64,000 bases of DNA from an uncultured Lachnospiraceae bacterium (GCA_945621435.1 CALZBR010000007.1:8119-72118), one strand, 5' to 3'; shown: positions 6,313 to 16,140, counted from the stretch's first letter. Translations and numbers: made by a program. Notes: generated by a model not told the origin, from the sequence alone.

Positions 6313-8832
6313 TTACCGGTTGGTATCCACATACATCTGCGCTCTGCTCTGGATAATTGCCGCAACATCGGCTGCCGATTTCTGACCGGAGAAGTAAGCT
6401 TCTATCTCTTCCATAATAATCTTCACAATCTCCTGGTCAGCATAGCTGCGTCTGTCAACAGATTCCACAAAGCTTAACAGTTCCTTCATCTGCGCCTCGG
6501 TAAAGGGCTGCAGAATAACTTCCTCCCCGTTGATTAAGGTGGTGTAATCATAGTACTGCTTTTCGCCGTTCTCATCCTCCCAATAAGGACGATCCATGGT
6601 CTGCTTTACCTTCTCCTCGAAGAGATTTTTATGTACCGGCATGCTCTGTTCCTTCTGGTACTCCTCGGTCAGGTAATATCTTACAAAGCTCCAGGCTTCG
6701 TCCAGGTTTGCTGATTTTGCGGAAAGTACATAGGAACTATAACATTCAACATAAGAACCCTTGCCGGTCTCTGTGGGGAAGCCTGCATAAGTGAAGTCAT
6801 CACCAAAAGCACCCTTGATATTCTGTACCAGATAACTGAAATCTCCCATATAGCAGGACATCAGCAGAGTCTTGTTATCTCTGTATTGCGACATATAATC
6901 CTTATCCCAGTAGTCCTCGTCATACACGATTTCCTGGGGAAGAGTCTTGGCATATTCCATGATACCGATGAAGTCCGGACCATTAAAATTACACTTACCG
7001 GTAGCCACGTCAACAAACTGGCTTCCGCAATAATACATCGCAAAGATCATGAAATTCTCTCTGGTCATCTCCCCGAATGCACTTGCCTCGTCACCCAAAC
7101 CGGCAACAACCTTTTTCATATCCTCCATAGTCCAGGTGCTCATGTTACCCACCAGAGATTTTTTGGCTATCATGGTGTTGATATTGAAACTTGGGATAAC
7201 ATAGTGCAGGGTTCCGTCAATGGAATAGGCATCAAACACATTCTGCAGAAACTCAACCTTGGAAAGCTCCTCATCACTTGCAATCAGCTTACCGATATCG
7301 GCCACCAGTCCCTTGGCAATATAGTTTTCCACCGGCAGATTACTTGACACATAAAGGATATCCGGCATACCGCCTGAAACAATATCGTTGTTCAGCTGGG
7401 TCACAGCACCGGTATACTCGTTTTCCATAGTGTTATATTGTTCATAGGTCTTCATAACAATTCTGTAATTCTGATTGTTACGGTTATAGTCAACCACTCT
7501 CTTTTTCAAATCAAAGGGGATGTAATTGCCGGCCAGAGTGATTACCTTCTTGTCAACAATATCCTCAGGCTTCACATAGGTAAATACGGCCGCCTTCACA
7601 CCGGACTCCCAGTCCTCTGCATAGATACCGATAAAGGATTCCGGCGAGGTCTCAATGATATTGAAGAATCTGGTAATACACAGGTCGGAGTTGATACTGT
7701 TCATTCTGGGCTTGCTGTCCGTATCACCACTGGTATACTCGTTGATTCCGTTATTAGTGGTAAACAGCAGCTTTTTGTCCAGACCAAGTGCCATGGTGTC
7801 ATAGCTCCAGCTGGAGCCGAAGTTGGAAGGCAGTTCCCTCACATCCGACACCTCATCTGTGTCCACATTGTAGAAAGCTGCGTAATTCTTGGAGTAATCC
7901 TCCTCGGAATAATAGATGGAGTATAACAGTCCGGGCTCAACACGCATCACATTCATGTAACTCTGAAACAATGGCTTTGCCGCATCCGCCAATTTCTTTT
8001 TAGGAGATACTTTACCATCTTTTCCTACGTTAATCTTGTAGAAATCGTCTCCCCCAAGGATCAGACTGACAGAACCATCCTTGCATTCCGCGACGAAACA
8101 GATGTATGAATATTCCTCCTGATTATTAAGATTAAGCCCCTCAATCTCTGTCTCTTCAAATATTTTACCTTCTTCATTCCACCTTACAAGGTAGCACTTA
8201 CTTAAATTATTCTCAGGTCTCTCCCAATCCTCATGCATTACCATCTTCATACCACAGACATTTCCGTCAGCGGTAAAGAAGAAATTCTCGTAGTTGGTAT
8301 ACTCGTAGCTGCTGCTGTTTTCAGGATACTTGATATCCATATCAGCCGAGGAAGAATCCTCCGTAACAACATCCTTTTCCTCACTATCTTCTGTTGCAGC
8401 CTCATCTCTTGGCATAATCTCCACTGCTCCCGGTTCCTCCGGCAAAGTATCCCCCGGCACAGTTGTCGGCTCCTCCGTTACCAGAGGCTCCGCCTTGGGC
8501 ACTTCCATCTGTACAACCTTGACATTACTGCCATCCTTGTTCATGGAAATCAGGCGCAAATCTTCCTCTTCACTGGCATTCTCCCAGTCATAAACGCTGA
8601 AAATCATGTAAACCTTGTCATTTACCACAGCGGACGCCCTTACGTCCATGCTTCCGTTTCCTTCCTTGTAGAACTCCGGAAGTGAAATCTCTTGTAGCTT
8701 GTAGACATTTTCTTTGGCAAGTGCTGCATTCGCCATGCTGTCGTCCTTTTTTTTGCCACAGCCGAACAGACCGAAGGCAAGGGTAAGAACTATGCTGATT
8801 AACAGCCCCCTCTTTCCAAATCCCTTTTTCAT
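6313..8832 (-). CDS. Very large lipoprotein extracellular solute-binding protein (C-terminal sugar-binding family-1-like domain)
   Basis: Lipobox LFGC; C-terminal half with VVDYNRNN, SGGMPDIL, LHYVIPSF, AWSFVRYYL, AYFSGQKSAADVA. Confidence 0.8.
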   Translation of the reverse strand: MKKGFGKRGLLISIVLTLAFGLFGCGKKKDDSMANAALAKENVYKLQEISLPEFYKEGNGSMDVRASAVVNDKVYMIFSVYDWENASEEEDLRLISMNKDGSNVKVVQMEVPKAEPLVTEEPTTVPGDTLPEEPGAVEIMPRDEAATEDSEEKDVVTEDSSSADMDIKYPENSSSYEYTNYENFFFTADGNVCGMKMVMHEDWERPENNLSKCYLVRWNEEGKIFEETEIEGLNLNNQEEYSYICFVAECKDGSVSLILGGDDFYKINVGKDGKVSPKKKLADAAKPLFQSYMNVMRVEPGLLYSIYYSEEDYSKNYAAFYNVDTDEVSDVRELPSNFGSSWSYDTMALGLDKKLLFTTNNGINEYTSGDTDSKPRMNSINSDLCITRFFNIIETSPESFIGIYAEDWESGVKAAVFTYVKPEDIVDKKVITLAGNYIPFDLKKRVVDYNRNNQNYRIVMKTYEQYNTMENEYTGAVTQLNNDIVSGGMPDILYVSSNLPVENYIAKGLVADIGKLIASDEELSKVEFLQNVFDAYSIDGTLHYVIPSFNINTMIAKKSLVGNMSTWTMEDMKKVVAGLGDEASAFGEMTRENFMIFAMYYCGSQFVDVATGKCNFNGPDFIGIMEYAKTLPQEIVYDEDYWDKDYMSQYRDNKTLLMSCYMGDFSYLVQNIKGAFGDDFTYAGFPTETGKGSYVECYSSYVLSAKSANLDEAWSFVRYYLTEEYQKEQSMPVHKNLFEEKVKQTMDRPYWEDENGEKQYYDYTTLINGEEVILQPFTEAQMKELLSFVESVDRRSYADQEIVKIIMEEIEAYFSGQKSAADVAAIIQSRAQMYVDTNR

Positions 8833-8866
8833 AACTTCTCCTCCTTATATTCATTTCATAGCTTAC

Positions 8867-9943
8867 TTATTTTGATGCTTTATGCTTACTCTGTCTTTTT
8901 TCACGGGCTCTCTCAGCCAGACGCTCTGCTTTATCCTTAAGCTTAATACTTACTCCCTTGATTGTCCAGCCCTTATGTCGCCACCAATATATAAATAAGA
9001 CAACAACCGCAAAGACAAAATACCCCAGGAATATTACTTCAAATATCGTAATTACCGTAAGAATATCCTCGTAGCACCTTGCCACATTCTCCCAATAGGG
9101 ATAAATAATCGCTTTTCCGTTCATGGAACGATAGTTCATCTTCGGGATCATTTTCAAGCGGGATACAAGAGAATAACGGTTGCTGTTCTCCACAATCTCT
9201 GTTTCCCTCTCGTTTGATGCAAGCTTTTCCTTTACAAAGTTGTAAGCAAAGCCGGTGATGGGATTCGGCATGACAATCTCATAATGATTGATACCATTAC
9301 AGCTTCCCAGGGTGCTTAAGGTACGGTAAGAAACATAAATCATGGTACTGTCCAGTCCGGCTGCCTGATACATTTTGTCTGTCCTGCGCTCTACCACGCC
9401 GGTAACGATATGAGGAATTCCGTTGATATACACATTCATTCCCGCAACATCGTTGGAACCAAAGAGCTTCCAGGCTGCGTCCTGGTCTATGATACAATAG
9501 TCCTGCATCAGATCATTTCCGGAAAAATAAGCTCCGGACAACAGCTTCAGGGGATGAAAGTAGAAAAAATCTCCGCCGATGCCGATGGCATCCGCTTCAA
9601 CAGTACCCCTGTCACTGGAAACCATAAGCTGCCCGTCTGCGCTGTAAGCATCAATCCAGGCTCTGGCACTTGGATTCTCAGACTCCGTTTCAACCGCAGC
9701 TTCAATCAGTGCTTGATCTATGGAATGCTCAAACTCCTGTATACCTTCTTCACTTATCATGGAATTCACCGAAAAGAAACAGCTGACCTGGGCAGCTCCG
9801 CCCTCCCTGTTCCATCGGTATGCGGCATTCTGGGTATCCTGGTTATCATCCAGGCACCCCACCAGAATCGCCAAAATCAGGAACAGCAGCAAGGATATTC
9901 CTCCGCTGATCCCCAGTATCAGTTTCTTCATTGCACGCCTCAT
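8867..9943 (-). CDS. MacB-like extracytoplasmic-core-domain membrane protein (ABC permease-like)
   Basis: N-terminal TM, then IGIGGDFF...LLSGAYF...CIIDQDAAWKLFGSNDVAG...IVTGVV typical of the MacB core domain; one C-terminal TM. Confidence 0.7.
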   Translation of the reverse strand: MRRAMKKLILGISGGISLLLFLILAILVGCLDDNQDTQNAAYRWNREGGAAQVSCFFSVNSMISEEGIQEFEHSIDQALIEAAVETESENPSARAWIDAYSADGQLMVSSDRGTVEADAIGIGGDFFYFHPLKLLSGAYFSGNDLMQDYCIIDQDAAWKLFGSNDVAGMNVYINGIPHIVTGVVERRTDKMYQAAGLDSTMIYVSYRTLSTLGSCNGINHYEIVMPNPITGFAYNFVKEKLASNERETEIVENSNRYSLVSRLKMIPKMNYRSMNGKAIIYPYWENVARCYEDILTVITIFEVIFLGYFVFAVVVLFIYWWRHKGWTIKGVSIKLKDKAERLAERAREKRQSKHKASK

Positions 9944-9954
9944 TTCCGTGAGAA

Positions 9955-11814
9955 TTAGTTATCCGACAAACGAACCTGTTTCCCCGCCTCTACCGGCTTG
10001 GTCGCGGTAGTAATCACATATTCATACCCCATGAGACCGCCCCTGATGGCCGACTGTGTATCATCGGAAGCAATGACCTCCACATCCACTCTGGTGGCAA
10101 TATAACGGTTGCCCAGAGGACTGGACTTAGACTCGACGATCAGGATGAATTTGCCATTGGAATCCTCCTTCAGCGCACTGTTGGGAACGATAAAATCATA
10201 GGTGGCACTTTTCTGTCCCACAGACACGGATAAGGACTGTCCTGCCACGATCTCGCCCGTGATGCTGAAGGTCAGCAGCTTGTTCTGGGAAGGATTCGAT
10301 TTATCCGGCTTGATGCTTGTGAGTACCACATTCAAATCGTCATATCTCCAGGAATTCACAAGCTCTGCCCTATCCCCCACCGACAAACGCTTGGCCTGCT
10401 CATTGGTCACCGAAAAGCTCATGGTACAGCCCTGACCTTCGGGCTGCAAAACGGCAAGAGTCTCCTGATACTGGAAGGTCTTTCCAGCTACTACATTGAT
10501 GGAGTTGACGATTCCGGAGATGTCTGCCGTTATGGTAGCTCCCTTAACCTTTGCCAATTCCTTTTCAACCTCAGCAGTACATTCTGCAACCTTCTTTTCA
10601 GCCTCCTCTATAGCTTCCAGTTTCTCTTCAAGATTAGTCACATTACGTATTACGGCAAGTAGCTCTTGGAGTTCCTCTCTCTTAGCCTTTATTACTTTAT
10701 CCACTTCTTCACACTTTTTGGACACCCCATACAATTCATAGTCATATTCAGTCCTAGCTTTGCTCAAATTCTCTATAATTGCATTTTGATCTCCATAAAC
10801 CTTTTGCGCATTTGCGAATTCACTCTCTGCATTAGTTTTCGTCGCCTGTGCACTGCTCAATTCCTGTTCAGCCTTTATTTTAGCTGTCTGGGCGTTGGTC
10901 ACCGCTAGGACTGCTGCGTCCCTGGTTGCCTTCTTAGCTTCATATTCCGCTTTCGCAGTGTCTGCAGCCGCACGTTTATCAGTAGCATCCGGATCTGACG
11001 CCGCCTCTGCAGCCTCAGCCTCTGCTTCCTTGCTCTCGTATGTTGTCTTCAAGATATCAATCTGTGATTCGGTAGGTGTTTGAGTACTGTCATTCAACAC
11101 CTCCTGTGCACTCCGGACAGCCTCATTTGCATTTGCCAGCGCAGTTATCGCAAAATCCAACTTTTCCTGCGCATTGTCGAGCTTATCCTTTGCTGCACCG
11201 TAGGCTGAATCAGCACCACTAATTTTAGTTTGCTCATATTCTATCTGTTTAGTAAAGTCTTTTATGGTCTGATTGAGCTGATCTTCTTTCTCTTTCAGTG
11301 GAGCCAATTCATTCTCCAATGACACAATTTCATTTTGTATTCTTGTTATTTGATTACGATATGCTTCTGCTGAAACATTACTATTTGCCTGATTAATATC
11401 CGATGATGTAATGAGTTCATCCAATATTGAATCCTCATAAGCTTTCTGTGCTGTTTCTAATTCTTCTTTGGCTATCTCTAATTTATCCTTCGCCGCCTTC
11501 AGTTCCTCGCTGTCGGTGTCCTCCAGGTAAAAGAGCACATCGCCCTTTTGAACCAGATCACCCTCCTTGACCGCCACGCTGAGAACCTTTCTGGATTCCT
11601 GGGCAACCACCTCATAGGGGTCACCGCTTTCCACAATTCCCGTGCCTCTTATTTTGGCAGTTATGGTACCGGATTCCACATACTTTGTAGATACCTCAGG
11701 CAGGGAGTAATTCATAATGGTATTGGAAAAGAAGGTCAGCACCAGCATCACCGACAAGAAAATAATTGCCGCCGTCTTTACCCATTCTCTCTTGTTGACA
11801 CCTTTTTCGTTCAT
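9955..11814 (-). CDS. Membrane-fusion/adaptor protein (HlyD/MacA-like) with very long coiled coil
   Basis: N-terminal TM; split lipoyl halves VAVKEGDLVQKGDVLF and ITADISGIVNSINV flanking about 330 aa of coiled coil; IVPNSAL C-terminal domain. Confidence 0.85.
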   Translation of the reverse strand: MNEKGVNKREWVKTAAIIFLSVMLVLTFFSNTIMNYSLPEVSTKYVESGTITAKIRGTGIVESGDPYEVVAQESRKVLSVAVKEGDLVQKGDVLFYLEDTDSEELKAAKDKLEIAKEELETAQKAYEDSILDELITSSDINQANSNVSAEAYRNQITRIQNEIVSLENELAPLKEKEDQLNQTIKDFTKQIEYEQTKISGADSAYGAAKDKLDNAQEKLDFAITALANANEAVRSAQEVLNDSTQTPTESQIDILKTTYESKEAEAEAAEAASDPDATDKRAAADTAKAEYEAKKATRDAAVLAVTNAQTAKIKAEQELSSAQATKTNAESEFANAQKVYGDQNAIIENLSKARTEYDYELYGVSKKCEEVDKVIKAKREELQELLAVIRNVTNLEEKLEAIEEAEKKVAECTAEVEKELAKVKGATITADISGIVNSINVVAGKTFQYQETLAVLQPEGQGCTMSFSVTNEQAKRLSVGDRAELVNSWRYDDLNVVLTSIKPDKSNPSQNKLLTFSITGEIVAGQSLSVSVGQKSATYDFIVPNSALKEDSNGKFILIVESKSSPLGNRYIATRVDVEVIASDDTQSAIRGGLMGYEYVITTATKPVEAGKQVRLSDN

Positions 11815-11847
11815 CTCTATTCCCTCTCAATTATTCGTTGACTTCGT

Positions 11848-12801
11848 TTATCCCTTCACACCACCCTGATAGGTGATTCCATCCACCAGATATTCCTCAC
11901 CATATAGGAATATCAGCAGACTCGGTACCATGTAAATCGTCGCTACCGCAAACGCCAGTCCGATTTCCCCGGCATTGATTTTGCTGAGGAACACGGAAAG
12001 CGGATGCTTCTCCGGATCTGACAGCAGAATCAGCGGCTGCTCCACCATATTCCAATAATCGATGAAAACCAGTATCGTAGCCGAACAGATGGCTCCCTTA
12101 CACAACGGCAGACAAATCTTTCTGAAAATCTGCCACTCATTCGCACCGTCTATCATGGCGGCCTCCATCACCCCGTCCGGGATTCGCCTCATGAACTTCG
12201 TCAGCAGATACACCGCAAAGGGAGAAAAAATACCCGGCAGCCAGATTGCCCAGTTGGTATCCAGTATTTGCAGCTTATCGCTTACCAGATAGTTAGGCAC
12301 CAGCGTTACCTGGTAAGGCATCAGCATCAGAATCACATAAGAGAAAAATATCATACTCCTAAGCTTCCCCCGATACCTCGTGAATCCATAAGAGGCAAGG
12401 CATGCCACCGCCAGCTGAAAAAATACGATTGGTCCTACCAGTATCACGGAGTTCCAGAATTTCAACAGATATTCCGGGCTCTTGAAGAGAACCGTTATGT
12501 ACTGACTGAAGGACACGATGTCGGGTATAAATTTTAAGGTAACCTTTTCGGAAATATATACCTTTCCGCCGTTGGCGTTTGTAGCAAATACGGAGCCATA
12601 GTTCGACGAGATCTCCGAGGACGCCATAAAGGAATTGGTAATCGTCAAAATAATCGGCGTCAAAAACAAAATGGCAAAAAACGCCGCTATCAGGGTTGCA
12701 ACGGATACCTTCACAATTCCAAAGGCTTTCTTGCGCTTAACCCTTTGTCTGTCCCGTTTATATTGAAGATCATTTCGCAAAGAAGTGTTTTTCTTACTCA
12801 T
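11848..12801 (-). CDS. Carbohydrate ABC transporter permease (MalG-like)
   Basis: FWNSVI, LMPYQVTLVPNY, EAA loop IPDGVMEAAMIDGA, FIDYWN. Confidence 0.9.
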   Translation of the reverse strand: MSKKNTSLRNDLQYKRDRQRVKRKKAFGIVKVSVATLIAAFFAILFLTPIILTITNSFMASSEISSNYGSVFATNANGGKVYISEKVTLKFIPDIVSFSQYITVLFKSPEYLLKFWNSVILVGPIVFFQLAVACLASYGFTRYRGKLRSMIFFSYVILMLMPYQVTLVPNYLVSDKLQILDTNWAIWLPGIFSPFAVYLLTKFMRRIPDGVMEAAMIDGANEWQIFRKICLPLCKGAICSATILVFIDYWNMVEQPLILLSDPEKHPLSVFLSKINAGEIGLAFAVATIYMVPSLLIFLYGEEYLVDGITYQGGVKG

Positions 12802-13730
12802 CCTTCCACATCCTTTCCGAAGTGATTCTCCACCAGAAACAAGATGCCGATGATCACTATCATCACCAGCGACATCAGAATCGCACCCGCCGATAGGATC
12901 TGATAATCCAGGGATTTGAATTTATTGTTCATAAAATGCTGCAGGGTGTAGGTGGTTTCCACAGGATAGTCCCCCGTCAGCAGATATACCTCTCTGAAAA
13001 TCTTAAAGGAGTTGATCAGGGACATAATCGTCACAAACATCAGTGTGGAGGATAAATATCTGATCTTGATATGGAAAAAGGTCTGAAGCGGCGTTGCACT
13101 CTCCAGCCGTGCCACCTCCAGAATATCCTTGGGGATGCTGGCCAGTGCCGCCATAAACAATATCATGTTATAGCCCAGATTCTTCCACAGGAACAATATC
13201 ACAATAACGATGATGGCATATTGGGATTTCATCCAGTCGATCTTGTCGGCACCAAACACCCCGAGAACATCATTGACAGCACCGTTGTAGTGAAACAATA
13301 CCTGCCAGATCAGCACGATGGACGCTACCGGAACCATCATGGGGCTCAGGAAAAAGGTTCTGAACTGACTCCGGAAGGGAAGCTTTGCCTCCAGCACAAT
13401 CGCCAGGAGCAGGGAAAGCACCACAGCCAGCGGCACCGCTATGGCAGAAAAAGCAGCAGTATTTCTGACCGCCCTTTTGAACGCTTCATTCTTTACTATC
13501 ATCTTAAAATTGTCCAGAAACACAAACTCACCGTTGATGGGATTGTCTACGAAGGAATAATAGATAATTACCATAAAAGGGAGGATAAAAAACACAAGAA
13601 CACCGATAAAGCTGGGCGCAAGAAACAACCCTGACAACAGCTTTCTTTTGCGCGTTGTCCTGGTTGTCTTGTTCCTCACTTTGACCGCGGCACTATACTC
13701 TTCCTTTGTTTCTTTTACTTTGTTTGACAT
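12798..13730 (-). CDS. Carbohydrate ABC transporter permease (MalF/UgpA-like)
   Basis: FVFLDNF, FFLSPMMVP, WKNLGYNMILFMAALASIP, degenerate EAA loop EVARLES; ATG at 13730 preferred as start. Confidence 0.9.
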   Translation of the reverse strand: MSNKVKETKEEYSAAVKVRNKTTRTTRKRKLLSGLFLAPSFIGVLVFFILPFMVIIYYSFVDNPINGEFVFLDNFKMIVKNEAFKRAVRNTAAFSAIAVPLAVVLSLLLAIVLEAKLPFRSQFRTFFLSPMMVPVASIVLIWQVLFHYNGAVNDVLGVFGADKIDWMKSQYAIIVIVILFLWKNLGYNMILFMAALASIPKDILEVARLESATPLQTFFHIKIRYLSSTLMFVTIMSLINSFKIFREVYLLTGDYPVETTYTLQHFMNNKFKSLDYQILSAGAILMSLVMIVIIGILFLVENHFGKDVEG

Positions 13731-13731
13731 A

Positions 13732-15993
13732 TTAACTGTTCTCACTTACATATACGGAAAGTCTGCTCTGAATCAGGGCCGCCACATCCGCAGCACTCTT
13801 ATCCCCTTTATAATAAGCCTGGGCTTCCTCACCTATTATTTTCAAGATCTCCTGATTGCTCAGGGAAATCGGTCTCGCCGTTTCCGCCAGGGCAAGCACG
13901 GTATCGATTTCCTCCCGGGTGCAGGGATGATAGGTGTACTCCCAGTCTCCCCAGCCGATACTTCCGCCGCCGTTTTCGGGGATGGGATTTCCCTCCTCGT
14001 CCAGCAGCAGTTCTCCGTTTTCATCCTTCACATACTCAACATTCAGCTCCTCGTTTATCATCTCGTCAAGCGCTGATTTTTGGGTAGGAAAGCCCCAGCC
14101 GAACCTACTGTCATCATTGACCAGATAGTCCTCAATAAAGGCCCATGCCCCCTCCTTGTGCCCGGAACCTGACAGGATGGCAAAGCAGCCTGTACCGCTC
14201 AAGATACATCCCGACTGTCCGTCAACAGTGGGATATCCAATATAGGTTACCTCCTCGCCAAACATGGCAGGATACTGCTGTATTTCCTGGAACTCTCCCA
14301 GGGAAACACCGCTCAGAAGCAGGTCACCCGAGGCAAGTCTTGCGGGTGTGGAGGGTTGATCCTCATCATATTCATACTCTGCCGGAAACCCATTGACAAA
14401 CTCCAGAATATTGATAAATTCGGGACAATTAAAATTGCAGGTTCCCTTCTGCCAGTCGATAAAAGCTCCCTCATTAAAGGTCATGAGAATCATAAGCATA
14501 TCCTCTCTTGAGGCATACTCAAAAACCTCGGCACCGGGATGGGCTGCAGAAAAGTCAATGATATCCTGTACGGACCAACCTGTTTTGTTCCCAAGCTGGG
14601 ATTTTCTTCCCGCCAATGTTTCAATCTGGAATCTCTTGGGAATTCCCACCAGCTTCCCGTCGTAGGTGTATGCATTCAGTATGCTTTTCAGGAAGGATTC
14701 CTTGCTTAATCTACTGCTCTTGTCAAGATAGGGTGTCAGATCCTCAAGAGCTCCCACGCTATTGAGCTTGGCGATATCCAGCTGATTCAGGTCCAGGATA
14801 TCCGGACAATTGGTTCCGGAGATAATATCACTGTTGATTCTGGTAATAACATCCTGATATTCCATACCGTCGTTGTAGTACTGTCTTAAACTGATACGGT
14901 ATTTCTCACTGCTTTTATTGAAATTGACAACTGCCGACTGCAGCTCCTGATCGGTCCACAGCACACCAATCACAATTTTTTCTTTCTGCTGTACCTCCGC
15001 CGCAGGCTTTTTCTCAAGACAGGCTATTTCCGACTTCCCCGTGTCCCAATCATTGATTACGGCCAGCAGATTGCCATCCTCCGAGCTGTCCACATATCCC
15101 ACATACATTCCGTTGATGTCACAATCCACCCAGTCCAGCAGTTCTTTATATTCCTGAGCTTCCTTATCGTACTCGTATACCTTTGCCGAGTCACTGATGA
15201 GCAAATCCTTCTCAATCCCCGCAGAAATCATGACATTCCCGTTGAGCTGGGGCAGATTCCGGTATATATTTCCTGTCTTTTTCCCCACAAAATCAATCTC
15301 TGTGACAGCCATACCACCGTTTCCGCCGTTGTTGTCATAATAGACGGCATAAACCTTTCCATCCTTGCCGATTCCCACGCTTTCCACCCAGGAGGTATTG
15401 AATTCCACCTTTCCTGCATATTTCCCGTCGGCATCCAGCAAATGGATTCTTTCCCCTGCATAAATATAAATTCTGTTTTCGCTATCCAGCACCATCCCCT
15501 GAACATAGGCTCTGTCTCCGCTATTCACCTGCTCTGTGATGTCCTGAAGGAAGATCTGTTTCATGGAGGAATCGTACTTTGCAATCGAATACTCCTGATG
15601 GTAATCCTCCGGATTTCTCTCGTTCATGACGTACTTTTCGTAGAGAACATAGAGATTGTCCTCTGCATCCACTACGGCTGAGCACACATTATTGTCAGCA
15701 CCTGCCTTGGGCATATCCGCAGACCTGGTAGTGCCCTTTTCCAGACTATATCTGCAGTAAAGCTGTTTCCCTTCACTGCCCGGCTCCCATACATACTGGA
15801 CATAATTCAGTTCACCGTTTCGGTATGTATAGTTATTGTTATTTCTGTTTTCATCCTCTCCCAGGCTTATGTATTTGGGAACATAGACATATGCACTTTC
15901 ATCTACGGCTTCTGTTTCCTGCTTTTTTCCGCAGCCCGCAGCTGTCAGAAGTAAGGTCATCATCAGTGTAATTAATGTCAGTTTTCTTTTCAT
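13732..15993 (-). CDS. Very large lipoprotein extracellular solute-binding protein (paralogue of 6313-8832)
   Basis: Lipobox AAGC; CPDIL, GALEDLTPYL, AWAFIEDYL, AYYKGDKSAADVAALIQSR. Confidence 0.82.
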   Translation of the reverse strand: MKRKLTLITLMMTLLLTAAGCGKKQETEAVDESAYVYVPKYISLGEDENRNNNNYTYRNGELNYVQYVWEPGSEGKQLYCRYSLEKGTTRSADMPKAGADNNVCSAVVDAEDNLYVLYEKYVMNERNPEDYHQEYSIAKYDSSMKQIFLQDITEQVNSGDRAYVQGMVLDSENRIYIYAGERIHLLDADGKYAGKVEFNTSWVESVGIGKDGKVYAVYYDNNGGNGGMAVTEIDFVGKKTGNIYRNLPQLNGNVMISAGIEKDLLISDSAKVYEYDKEAQEYKELLDWVDCDINGMYVGYVDSSEDGNLLAVINDWDTGKSEIACLEKKPAAEVQQKEKIVIGVLWTDQELQSAVVNFNKSSEKYRISLRQYYNDGMEYQDVITRINSDIISGTNCPDILDLNQLDIAKLNSVGALEDLTPYLDKSSRLSKESFLKSILNAYTYDGKLVGIPKRFQIETLAGRKSQLGNKTGWSVQDIIDFSAAHPGAEVFEYASREDMLMILMTFNEGAFIDWQKGTCNFNCPEFINILEFVNGFPAEYEYDEDQPSTPARLASGDLLLSGVSLGEFQEIQQYPAMFGEEVTYIGYPTVDGQSGCILSGTGCFAILSGSGHKEGAWAFIEDYLVNDDSRFGWGFPTQKSALDEMINEELNVEYVKDENGELLLDEEGNPIPENGGGSIGWGDWEYTYHPCTREEIDTVLALAETARPISLSNQEILKIIGEEAQAYYKGDKSAADVAALIQSRLSVYVSENS

Positions 15994-16035
15994 GGATACC
16001 TCTTTTCAATTGTTCGCGCTCTTGCACGTTAATGG

Positions 16036-16093
16036 CGCAGAAAAACCAAATGCCGCCTTCGGCACCACTTGGTTTTCCTATGCGTTCATTATA
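16036..16093 (-). promoter_or_regulatory. Extended -10 element (TGcTATAAT, -10 at 16088-16093) followed by a long stem-loop
   Basis: Minus strand GGAAAACCAA..TGCCG-AAGG-CGGCA.TTGGTTTT between the PHP gene and the binding-protein operon. Confidence 0.5.
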
Positions 16094-16140
16094 GCATACT
16101 TGTAAAAAAATATTACTTAAGAATTTATGAATTAATTTTA

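Noticed and set aside
8747-8754. A8 homopolymer after the lipobox as a phase-variation tract (similar runs near 57063-57089)
   Set aside because: Short, in frame and explained by Lys/Glu codons
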